NCBI GenBank assembly: GCA_028278105.1
Contig: JANQEX010000043.1
Location: 1,055-65,054, forward strand
Origin: Alphaproteobacteria bacterium
Lineage (GTDB): Bacteria; Pseudomonadota; Alphaproteobacteria; UBA9219; RGZA01
Length of the DNA: 64,000 nt
Reading direction: 5' to 3'
Shown: positions 36,607 to 44,834 of the stretch, in pieces
How the letters are laid out: every line of letters begins with the position of its first letter
How positions within the stretch are numbered: the first letter of the stretch is position 1
Notes under the pieces: generated by a model
The model's input: the letters and a program-made list of their open reading frames with translations, nothing else
Told to the model about the DNA's origin: nothing
The model's database searches: none
Program-made: the position numbers and the translations under genes

Positions 36607-37830
36607 CTACTCTTCCTTTGACGCCACGATGCGGGCCCGGATCAAGGACCCCCCATCCGACATCAGCAGCACCGGAGTCTGGTTCAACTCGTAAACCGTC
36701 GTGCCGTCCGCCGAGGAAACGCTGGCGTCCCAGCTTGGCGACAGCATGGTCAGCGGCGTGCGCACGAACATGCGGTCGTTCAACGTCCAGGCCAGGGTGC
36801 GCGCATCGGCCCCGGCCAGCCGCACACGGCGCGCATCGGGCGGCGGCGCGTTGTCGAGGAAGGTCATGATCAGGGCCGAGCCGGCGTCCAGCCGGCGGCG
36901 TCCGATCAGCGACAGCTTGGCGTTGGGCCCAAGCTGGGGGACGCGCGCGTCAAAACGGTAATCCACCGTCGAGCCGCCCGCGGCCAGCTTGAAGATGATC
37001 GGCGTCGACAAGTCCTGCAACAGCACCGACAGGTTGCCATAGCCAAAGCGCGTCAGCGGCATCACGCGCACCACATGGGTGCTGCCCTCGCCGCCGCCGG
37101 TTTTGGTCACCTCGAAATTGCCGCCGATGCCCAGATCCATGATCGGCCAGGGCTGGCCGGTGGCGTCAAGGACGGTGATGGTGGTGACATAGCCCGATGC
37201 GACATTCACCGTGGGCGGATCGCCGCCCGGCTCCAGCGAAAGCGTCTTGATGCGCACCTGCCCGCGCGGCTGGCCGCCGGCGGGCGGAATGGCCGATTTC
37301 TGGGTGCGCTCATAGCGGCTCATCACGTCGCGCACTTCGCTTGGCCCCAGCGGCACGAGGCCCTCATACGCGCGCTCGAAGGTGTCGGTCAGGCGCTTGC
37401 GGCGGCGGTCGTAATAGTTCTGCTCGGCTTCGGTCCGCACCGCGTTCTGCAAGGTCTGGTCCGGCAGGGGCAAGGGCGGCGGCGCGGCATAATAGGTGGT
37501 GGCAAGCTGCGGCGGCGGCGCGCCGTCCTGTCCGGGCTCAAAGGCGGCGGACGGCAGGGGTGCGGGCGCGTTTTGGCCGGCACCGGTGGATGGCAGGACT
37601 TCCGTGGGCGCGGGCGGGGGCGTCAGCGCTTCGCTGGCGGCATCGCCGCCGGCGATGGGACGCGCCAGCGCCGTTGGCGGCGGCAGGGCCGGAACCTCGG
37701 AAGGGGGCGGCAGATCCTCGGCCACTCCCTTCAGCGGAAGGAGCGCAAAAAGGCACAACGCCGCGAAAGACGCAAGGAAAGGCGCGCGCTGCGAAAGAAG
37801 CGGAGCATGAAGGCGGAAAGGGCGAATCAT
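36607..37830 (-). CDS. dotH: DotH/IcmK (VirB9-like) outer-membrane core protein
   Basis: Signal peptide, Pro-rich region and a beta-rich C-terminal domain. Position between dotI and dotG. Confidence 0.5.
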   Translation of the reverse strand: MIRPFRLHAPLLSQRAPFLASFAALCLFALLPLKGVAEDLPPPSEVPALPPPTALARPIAGGDAASEALTPPPAPTEVLPSTGAGQNAPAPLPSAAFEPGQDGAPPPQLATTYYAAPPPLPLPDQTLQNAVRTEAEQNYYDRRRKRLTDTFERAYEGLVPLGPSEVRDVMSRYERTQKSAIPPAGGQPRGQVRIKTLSLEPGGDPPTVNVASGYVTTITVLDATGQPWPIMDLGIGGNFEVTKTGGGEGSTHVVRVMPLTRFGYGNLSVLLQDLSTPIIFKLAAGGSTVDYRFDARVPQLGPNAKLSLIGRRRLDAGSALIMTFLDNAPPPDARRVRLAGADARTLAWTLNDRMFVRTPLTMLSPSWDASVSSADGTTVYELNQTPVLLMSDGGSLIRARIVASKEE

Positions 37831-37922
37831 CTTGCCGGATTACTAGAATCCTGTTCGCGAATCCCGTCAACCCCTTGATTCCGTTTTTCCCTGGCCGGTG
37901 GCGGCGGGGAGACGCACCACCC

Positions 37923-38648
37923 CTATTCCCCCTGATGCCAGCCCTGCCGGACGCCGAGTCCGGCGGCCAGTTCCTCCCAGCCGTCGATGGCCACCCCTTC
38001 GGGATGCTTGAGGGTGGAGGCGCGGATCAGGGTCAGTTGCAGGACCGACCGCTTATGGGCCACTTTCGATCCCGCCTGATAGGTTGTGATGATCGGCACC
38101 TGCACCACCCAGCGGTCGGTGCCGAAATAGGGACCCTCCAGCACCACCACGGCGCCGTCGGTGGCGATGGCGGTGAGCACCTGCTGGTTGTTCTTGATCT
38201 TGTCGAGGCGGCCATACCGCAGATAGGCGCGGGCGAACTTGTTCCAGGCCCGCCGGGTGAAAAGGTGACGGGCGTTCAGCAGGCGCTCGTCGGCGTTGTT
38301 GAAGCCGAAGGTCAGCACCTGCGTCACGACATTCATGGCCATGTTGATGATGGCGGTGTGGGTCAGGTTCGGCTCGTCCAGCGCATGGATGTACTGCACC
38401 CGCTCCGGCAGGGCGTCATGGCCCAGCACCACCAGGTGGTGATAGATGCGCGGCGCGAAGGCGATGGCCGTCAGGATCGTCGTGCCCATCAGGATGGCGA
38501 TCAGGTAGCTTTGCAGCACCACCAGCGCCCGGAAAAATTTCGCCATGCCGGGGGTTGAGCGCGGCTCGTTCTTGGTGGCGGCGAACAGAAGATGCGCCAC
38601 CTGCGTGGGCGAAAGCCGCGTATGCACCTCCGGCCGCTCGGCCTTCAT
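37923..38648 (-). CDS. DotI/IcmL-like (VirB8-fold) paralogue
   Basis: TM LVVLQSYLIAILMGTTILTAIAFA followed by a periplasmic domain. Start uncertain (Mets at 38768, 38648 and 38546). The 38768 start would overlap the upstream gene. Confidence 0.4.
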   Translation of the reverse strand: MKAERPEVHTRLSPTQVAHLLFAATKNEPRSTPGMAKFFRALVVLQSYLIAILMGTTILTAIAFAPRIYHHLVVLGHDALPERVQYIHALDEPNLTHTAIINMAMNVVTQVLTFGFNNADERLLNARHLFTRRAWNKFARAYLRYGRLDKIKNNQQVLTAIATDGAVVVLEGPYFGTDRWVVQVPIITTYQAGSKVAHKRSVLQLTLIRASTLKHPEGVAIDGWEELAAGLGVRQGWHQGE

Positions 38649-38716
38649 CGGCGCCAGTTTCTTCGGGGCGAGCGCGACCGGCGCTTCCGGCGGAGTGGGA
38701 AGCGTGGGCGAAGGGC

Positions 38717-39379
38717 TCATCGTCGCAAGGGGGGCCGGAAGGCGGCGTTGTCCTGGCCGATAATCCACTGGCCAAAGGCGATGCCGTCAGGGATTTCGAG
38801 GAAGTTCACGCGGTCCACGCGCACCTGCAACACGCCGCGCACCGGCTGCGGCGCATCCTGCCCGTCATAGACGATGCTGATGGGCATGCTGAGATACCAC
38901 GAGTAGGTGCCGTTCTTGCCCACGCCCTTCTTGAGCACCTGCGGCGCGCCCTCGATGCGAAGCTGGCTGACCAGCTTCTTCTCCTCGATGGCCTCGATCA
39001 GGCGGGATTCCTTCAAGGCGCTGTGGAAGTCGGTGCGGCCGGTCAGGGTGAAGCGGCTGTTCACCCCGTCCAGATGCGTGCGGTAGTTCAGGTAATCCAT
39101 CTGCATGACTTCGCGCGCGGTCTTGGCGGTCCAGGTAATCACCTGGTCGTCGGCGAAGTAGGGCTCGTTCACCGGCTCGATGGGCATGATCCGCCCGTCC
39201 ACATTGGTGGCGAAGAACACATGCTTCACGCTGGCGGTCAGCACCAGAATGATGACGATGCCGATCAAAACCGCGATCACCGCGCCTTGCACCAGCGCCA
39301 CCTTCAGCAGGCCGCGGTAACCGTCCCGGTAAAAACTGTTCCGGATCATCACGGTTTGTATGGCGTCGCGCTGGTTCAT
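38717..39379 (-). CDS. dotI: DotI/IcmL-like T4BSS inner-membrane protein
   Basis: N-terminus ...MIRNSFYRDGYRGLLKVALVQGAVIAVLIGIVIIL recalled from memory as the IcmL/DotI motif. First gene of the long minus-strand operon. Confidence 0.5.
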   Translation of the reverse strand: MNQRDAIQTVMIRNSFYRDGYRGLLKVALVQGAVIAVLIGIVIILVLTASVKHVFFATNVDGRIMPIEPVNEPYFADDQVITWTAKTAREVMQMDYLNYRTHLDGVNSRFTLTGRTDFHSALKESRLIEAIEEKKLVSQLRIEGAPQVLKKGVGKNGTYSWYLSMPISIVYDGQDAPQPVRGVLQVRVDRVNFLEIPDGIAFGQWIIGQDNAAFRPPLRR

Positions 39380-39382
39380 TGG

Positions 39383-39440
39383 GAGAGGTTCGAGGGTTCG
39401 AAGCTGCGTAGGTTCGAGGGTTTGTGGGTTCGAGGGAGGG
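39383..39440. promoter_or_regulatory. GGTTCGA direct-repeat array upstream of dotI operon start
   Basis: gagaggttcgagggttcgaagctgcgtaggttcgagggtttgtgggttcgaggg. Same motif as at 17061..17126. Confidence 0.4.
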
Positions 39441-39502
39441 TTACGCCTGTTCTCAAGCCCCGGACGTCATTCTCCCCGCAGGCCCGCGCACCCTCGTACC
39501 CA

Positions 39503-39805
39503 CGAACCTTCGAACCTAATTAAATATCGTTACCGAGTGATTAACTTCGAAAGGTTCGAAGGACCGGAGGGACGAGGGTTCGAAGGAAAAACAAGGCCTG
39601 ATTTCGAAGAAGAATCTTCTTCGTCCCTTCGAACCTCCGAACCTTCGAACCTAATTAATATCGCTACCGAGTGATTAACTTCGAGAGGTTCGCAGGTGCG
39701 GAGGGACGAAGGTTCGAAGAAAAAACGAGGCGGAGCCACGAGAAACAAGGCCTGATTTCGAAGAAGAATCTTCTTCGTCCCTTCGAACCTCCGAACCTGC
39801 GAACC
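39503..39805. repeat. Two tandem copies of a ~136/167-bp unit with internal palindromes
   Basis: Each unit: cgaaccttcgaacctaattaa(a)tatcg(t/c)taccgagtgattaacttcga...ggagggacga(g/a)ggttcgaag...aaggcctgatttcgaagaagaatcttcttcgtcccttcgaacctccgaacct. Unit 2 carries a 15-bp insertion. Confidence 0.75.
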
Positions 39806-39810
39806 TTGTT

Positions 39811-40275
39811 TTATATTCCCTTTTCCAGATCCACGTCGGGAAGGCCGGAGCCCTGGCGGTATTCGGGGGAATCCTTGCAGTTCTGGCAAATGCGGTTGTG
39901 GCGGCCCTGACTCTGGAAGCGGCTGAGGCACATCAGGCAGATGCGGTGCGAAAGCGGCGCGGGCGTCGTCTGCAACTGGCTGGAGAGCCGCGCCATGTTG
40001 CGCATATTGGCCTGGTTCATCTCCTCGTAGGAAAGTTTCTTCGGTTTTCTTCCGGGCGCAAAACGGCGCTGAAGGCCAAGACGCGCCGCGCGGGTCATCA
40101 CCGCCGCGACGGAACGGTTCAATACCTGCGCAATCGCGTCGGGCTTTTCGCCTTTCTGCCAAAGCTCGGTCAGCCGCACGTCCTGCTCGGTCCATGAAGG
40201 CATGCCAAGCGTCGGCGATGTCGCGCGCGGCGCGGTTTCCTGCGTCTGGGGTTTATCCGAATCTTCGGGCGGCAA
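39811..40275 (-). CDS. GcrA-like regulator (N-terminal GcrA DNA-binding domain, Cys-rich C-terminus)
   Basis: MPSWTEQDVRLTELWQKGEKPDAIAQVLNRSVAAVMTRAARLGL matches the GcrA N-terminal domain. The start is probably the internal Met at 40203. Confidence 0.5.
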   Translation of the reverse strand: MPPEDSDKPQTQETAPRATSPTLGMPSWTEQDVRLTELWQKGEKPDAIAQVLNRSVAAVMTRAARLGLQRRFAPGRKPKKLSYEEMNQANMRNMARLSSQLQTTPAPLSHRICLMCLSRFQSQGRHNRICQNCKDSPEYRQGSGLPDVDLEKGI

Positions 40276-40431
40276 AATCGTGATCCGTTTTTATTTCGCG
40301 GCCTGTTGATAAGTCGCGCCTTCCTTTATAGCGCTTCTGAAAATAATTGAAACTATAAAGTTATCCTGTTTTGGCTTTTTAGACATTATTTTTTGTACGA
40401 AATAATTAATTTTCTTTTTGTTTTAATATTT

Positions 40432-40767
40432 TCAGGCACTGGCGTTTTCACGCAACTCGTCTTTATCGACGCGCCGGACACGAATTTTTCCGCCCTTGCG
40501 CGCGATTTGCGCCAGATCATATTCCATTTGCAGTTTCACCCATGTTTCGGCCCGGCCGCCAAAAGCCTTGGAAAGCCTGACCGCCATTTCGGGAGAAATG
40601 CCGCTTTTTCCGTTCACAAGATTGTTGAGGGCCTGCCGCGTCACGCCTAAAAGCCGGGCGCCCCTTGTCACGGACAGGCCGAGCGGCTCAAGGCAATCAT
40701 GCCTGACATGACGGCCGGGATGGGGTGGATTTTTCATGCGCATCGCTTTTTTTCCCTTACTTCTCAA
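40432..40767 (-). CDS. HigA-like XRE-family HTH antitoxin, solitary
   Basis: ...LGLSVTRGARLLGVTRQALNNLVNGKSGISPEMAVRLSKAFG. No higB-like ORF is upstream. Only 85 nt separate it from the fhs stop. Confidence 0.55.
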   Translation of the reverse strand: MRSKGKKAMRMKNPPHPGRHVRHDCLEPLGLSVTRGARLLGVTRQALNNLVNGKSGISPEMAVRLSKAFGGRAETWVKLQMEYDLAQIARKGGKIRVRRVDKDELRENASA

Positions 40768-40852
40768 TGATAGTCGATGAAATCCACATCATACGCATCG
40801 CCTGCTTCAAATTCCTCTTGCATACTGACAATTGTCACTTGTCAACCGCTTT

Positions 40853-42517
40853 TTAGAATATTCCGTAAATCTCGCCATCGTCATCCAGCCCAATGCGCTC
40901 GGCGGCGGGCGTACGCGGCAGGCCGGGCATGGTCATGATGTCGCCGGTCAGCGCCACGACAAATCCGGCGCCCGCCGAAAGGCGCACATCGCGCACCGGC
41001 AGCGTGAAGCCTTCCGGCGCGCCCATCCGTTCGGGATCGGCCGAAAAGCTGTACTGGGTTTTCGACATGCAAACGGGGAAAGCGCCGAAACCGTCTTTTT
41101 CATATTGCGCCAGCTTCGCACGCGCGGTTTCCGAAAACGCCACCTCCGCCGCGCCGTAGATCCGCGTGGCCACGGTCTTGATTTTTTCCTCAAGGGGCAT
41201 GTGGTCGGGATAAAGCAGCCGGAACTCCGTTTTCTCCCGCGCCATCTCCCGCACCTTGCGGGCGAGTTCCAGCGCCCCTTCGCCGCCATCGGCCCAATGG
41301 GCGCAGCTTATGGCTTCCACGCCCCATTCCCGGCAGGCGGACGCCAGCGCGTCGAATTCGGCCGGCGTGTCGCCGGCAAAGCGGTTCACCGCCACCACGC
41401 AGCGCACGCCAAAGCGCGCCATGTTGTCCAGATGCCGCTTCAGGTTGGGAAGTCCGCGCGTCACCGCCGCGGCGTCCGCGCGGGCAAGATCCGCTTTCGC
41501 CACGCCGCCATGCATCTTGAGGGCGCGCAACGTCGCCACCACCACCACCGCGCCGGGGACCAGCTTCGCCGACCGGCACTTGATGTTGAGGAATTTTTCC
41601 GCGCCCAGATCGGCGCCAAAACCGGCTTCCGTCACCACGATATCCGCGAGGCGGCGCGCCGCGCGCGTGGCGATCACCGAATTGCAGCCATGCGCGATAT
41701 TGGCGAACGGCCCGCCATGCACGAAAGCCGGCGCGCCTTCCAGCGTCTGCACCAGATTGGGATGCAGCGCGTCCTTCAAGAGCGCCGCCATGCCGCCCAC
41801 GCCCTTGAAGGCTTCCGCTCTTATCCATTCCCCGTTTTTCGCCCGGCCCACCACCATGCGCTCAAGCCGCGCCATTAGATCACTCGCGCTTTCCGCGAGA
41901 CAAAACACCGCCATGGTTTCCGACGCCACGGTAATATCAAAACCGCTTTCGCGGGCCGGGCCGCGGCCTTCCGGCCCCAGGGTGATCCGGCGCAGCGCCC
42001 GGTCGTTCATGTCCATCACGCGCTTCCAGGCGATGGCGCTTTCGTCCAGCCCCAGCGCATTGCCCCAGTAGAGATGATTGTCAACCAGCGCCGCCATCAG
42101 GTTATGCGCCGCGGTGATGGCGTGAAAATCGCCGGTGAAATGCAGGTTGATCTCTTCCATCGGCGCGATCTGCGCCCGGCCGCCGCCGGTGGCGCCGCCC
42201 TTCACGCCAAAGCAGGGGCCAAGGCTTGGCTCGCGCAAGGCCAGCGCCGCCTTCATGCCGAGCCGCCGCAACCCGTCGGCCAGGCCGATGCTGGTGGTTG
42301 TCTTTCCTTCCCCCGCCGGCGTGGGGCTGATGGCGGTCACGAGAACCAGCTTGCTGTCCGGATTTTCCGGCTGCCGCTCCAGCCAGCCCAGATCAACCTT
42401 GGCCTTCACCGGCCCGTAGCGGTAAAGGGCGGATTCCGGTATGCCAAGACCGGACGCCACGCTTTCGATGGGGCGTAATTTCGTGGCGCGGGCGATTTCC
42501 AGGTCGGAAAGCGGCAT
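40853..42517 (-). CDS. fhs: Formate--tetrahydrofolate ligase
   Basis: 554 aa with glycine-rich ATP loop PTPAGEGKTTTSIGL and conserved FTHFS blocks. Confidence 0.9.
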   Translation of the reverse strand: MPLSDLEIARATKLRPIESVASGLGIPESALYRYGPVKAKVDLGWLERQPENPDSKLVLVTAISPTPAGEGKTTTSIGLADGLRRLGMKAALALREPSLGPCFGVKGGATGGGRAQIAPMEEINLHFTGDFHAITAAHNLMAALVDNHLYWGNALGLDESAIAWKRVMDMNDRALRRITLGPEGRGPARESGFDITVASETMAVFCLAESASDLMARLERMVVGRAKNGEWIRAEAFKGVGGMAALLKDALHPNLVQTLEGAPAFVHGGPFANIAHGCNSVIATRAARRLADIVVTEAGFGADLGAEKFLNIKCRSAKLVPGAVVVVATLRALKMHGGVAKADLARADAAAVTRGLPNLKRHLDNMARFGVRCVVAVNRFAGDTPAEFDALASACREWGVEAISCAHWADGGEGALELARKVREMAREKTEFRLLYPDHMPLEEKIKTVATRIYGAAEVAFSETARAKLAQYEKDGFGAFPVCMSKTQYSFSADPERMGAPEGFTLPVRDVRLSAGAGFVVALTGDIMTMPGLPRTPAAERIGLDDDGEIYGIF

Positions 42518-42710
42518 GAGATTCTGTCCTTCTCATCATGAAAACGGAACCGTTTTACCCGTCCCGTCCCCGCCCGTCACCGGATTCTCATGCCGCGCCG
42601 CAACGCAAGGCGGTTGGAATTTGTTAAAACCTTTGGTAGGAGCTAGAATCTGGTCTTGTGAATCCCCGGCTATTTCCAGCCCCCAGTTCCCGGATCCTGG
42701 CCCCTTTCCC

Positions 42711-43295
42711 ATGTCCGACACATCCGGCCCCTCCCCTCCCGACGATCCCGAAAAGCGTGATTTTATCTTCATCACCGCGGGCGCGCTGGGCGCGGTCGGC
42801 GCCGGGACGCTGGCCTGGCCTTTTTTGGCCTCGCTGGGGCCCGCGGCCGACACGCTGGCGCTCTCCACCACCGAGGTTGACGTCTCGAAGATCGCGCCGG
42901 GGCAGGCCATCACCGTCATGTGGCGCGGCAAGCCGGTCTTCATCCGCCACCGCACCGGGGCCGACATCAAGGCCGCGACCGCCGTTGACGGCGATTCCGC
43001 GCAATTCAACGCCCTGCGCGATCCGCAAACCGACGCCGCGCGCACGGCGCAATCCAAAATCAACGGCAAGCCCGCGCCGGAATGGCTGGTCATGGTGGGC
43101 GTCTGCACCCATCTGGGCTGCATCCCCCAGGGGCAGAAACCGGCCGACAGGAAAGGCGATTTCGGCGGCTGGTTCTGCCCCTGCCATGGATCGAGCTACG
43201 ACACGGCCGGACGCATCCGCAAGGGACCCGCACCGAAAAATCTTGCCGTGCCGCCCTATGTTTTTCTTTCCCCTGGCCGGATAAGGATTGGATGA
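42711..43295 (+). CDS. petA: Ubiquinol-cytochrome c reductase iron-sulfur (Rieske) subunit
   Basis: Rieske boxes CTHLGC and CPCHGS. Start at MSDTSGPS (ATG at 42711). Confidence 0.9.
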   Translation: MSDTSGPSPPDDPEKRDFIFITAGALGAVGAGTLAWPFLASLGPAADTLALSTTEVDVSKIAPGQAITVMWRGKPVFIRHRTGADIKAATAVDGDSAQFNALRDPQTDAARTAQSKINGKPAPEWLVMVGVCTHLGCIPQGQKPADRKGDFGGWFCPCHGSSYDTAGRIRKGPAPKNLAVPPYVFLSPGRIRIG

Positions 43296-43554
43296 GTGAA
43301 AAACGACGTGTGAAGAGTGACAAGGTGAAGAGTGAAAAGTGGAAAGCGGAAAACGAACGGCGTCATCCTGGAAACCGCCGCCGGCGGTTATCCAGGACCT
43401 CTTTCCCTTAAAAGCACAAGATTCCGGATAAGGGCTCGCCTCCGCTCGCCCTTTCCGGAATGACGGTTTTGAGACAGGCCCCCAGGCTCCTTCTTTCCGC
43501 TTTCCACTCTTCACTCTTCTCTTTCCACTCTGTCACCCAAACCGCCCCGACCCC
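43296..43554. repeat. Structured intergenic element between petA and petB (long imperfect inverted repeats flanking internal hairpins)
   Basis: Left arm gtgaagagtgacaaggtgaagagtgaaaagtggaaagcggaaaa. Right arm ttctttccgctttccactcttcactcttctctttccactctgtcac. Internal hairpins tcctggaaaccgccgccggcggttatccagga and ttccggataagggc...gccctttccggaa. Confidence 0.7.
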
Positions 43555-44832
43555 ATGAACGACCCCCCGGCCAAAAATCCCACGGGCATTCCTTTTCTCG
43601 ACTGGATCGACGCGCGCCTGCCGATCTTCAGCCTGATGCAAAAGGAATACGGCGCTTATCCCACGCCGCGCAATTTCAACTATCTGTGGAATTTCGGCGC
43701 CATCGCCATGGCGCTGATGTTCGTGATGATCGGCAGCGGCGTGATCCTGGCCATGCACTACACCGCCGACACGGAACTGGCCTTTAATTCCGTCGAGCGC
43801 ATCATGCGCGACGTCAATTATGGCTGGCTGATCCGCTATATTCACATGAACGGCGCGTCGATGTTTTTCTTTGCCGTTTATGTGCATATTTTCCGCGGGC
43901 TTTATTACGGCTCCTATAAGAAGCCGCGCGAACTGTTATGGATTCTTGGCGTCAAAATCCTGTTCCTGATGATCGCCACCGCTTTCATGGGCTATGTGCT
44001 GCCCTGGGGACAGATGAGCTTCTGGGCCGCCACCGTCATTACCAATCTCGTTTCGGCCGTGCCGTTCGTGGGCGAGCCGCTGGTCAACTGGATCTGGGGC
44101 GGCTTCTCGGTCGGCAATCCCACGCTTACCCGCTTTTTCGCCCTGCATTACCTGCTGCCTTTCGTGATTCTCGCTCTGGTATTCCTGCATGTGGCGGCGC
44201 TGCATGTCTGCGGCTTCAACAATCCTCTGGGCATCGACGCAAAATCCCCGAAGGATACCGTGCCTTTCCATCCCTATTACACGGTGAAGGATCTTTTCGC
44301 CCTTTGCGTGTTCCTTCTGCCCTGCGCCGTCCTCGTCTTCTGGATGCCAAACGCCCTTGGCCATCCTGATAACTACGTCCCGGCCAATCCCATGGTCACG
44401 CCCGCGCATATCGTGCCGGAATGGTATTTCCTGCCTTTCTACGCCATCCTGCGCTCTTTCACGGTCGACATCGTGGTGCCGTTCTCGCAGGTGGTGCTTG
44501 TTTCGTCCAAGCTGGGCGGCGTGATATTGCTGCTGGCGTCCATCGGCGTACTGTTCGCCCTCCCCTGGCTCGACCGCTCGCCGGTGCGCAGCGCGCGCTA
44601 CCGCCCCATCTATCGCGTGCTGTTCTGGATTCACCTCCTGGCCTGTCTTGGCCTGGGCTGGCTGGGGGCGCAGCCGGCGGAAGGCATCCATGTTCTTGCC
44701 AGCCAGATTCTGACCGCCTGGTATTTCCTGCATTTTCTTGTGTTCCTGCCGCTTTTGCCGAAGATCGAAAAATGTCCGCCGCTCCCGCCCGGCATTCATG
44801 AATATCTTCTTTCGAAGAAGAGGGAGGCTTGA
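43555..44832 (+). CDS. petB: Cytochrome b
   Basis: 425 aa, ...[26 protein letters not shown]..., a typical cytochrome b. Confidence 0.9.
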   Translation: MNDPPAKNPTGIPFLDWIDARLPIFSLMQKEYGAYPTPRNFNYLWNFGAIAMALMFVMIGSGVILAMHYTADTELAFNSVERIMRDVNYGWLIRYIHMNGASMFFFAVYVHIFRGLYYGSYKKPRELLWILGVKILFLMIATAFMGYVLPWGQMSFWAATVITNLVSAVPFVGEPLVNWIWGGFSVGNPTLTRFFALHYLLPFVILALVFLHVAALHVCGFNNPLGIDAKSPKDTVPFHPYYTVKDLFALCVFLLPCAVLVFWMPNALGHPDNYVPANPMVTPAHIVPEWYFLPFYAILRSFTVDIVVPFSQVVLVSSKLGGVILLLASIGVLFALPWLDRSPVRSARYRPIYRVLFWIHLLACLGLGWLGAQPAEGIHVLASQILTAWYFLHFLVFLPLLPKIEKCPPLPPGIHEYLLSKKREA

Positions 44833-44834
44833 TC

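Noticed and set aside
40768-40852. Expected HigB toxin upstream of HigA
   Set aside because: Only 85 nt lie between higA and the fhs stop and no ORF fits. HigA is therefore called solitary.
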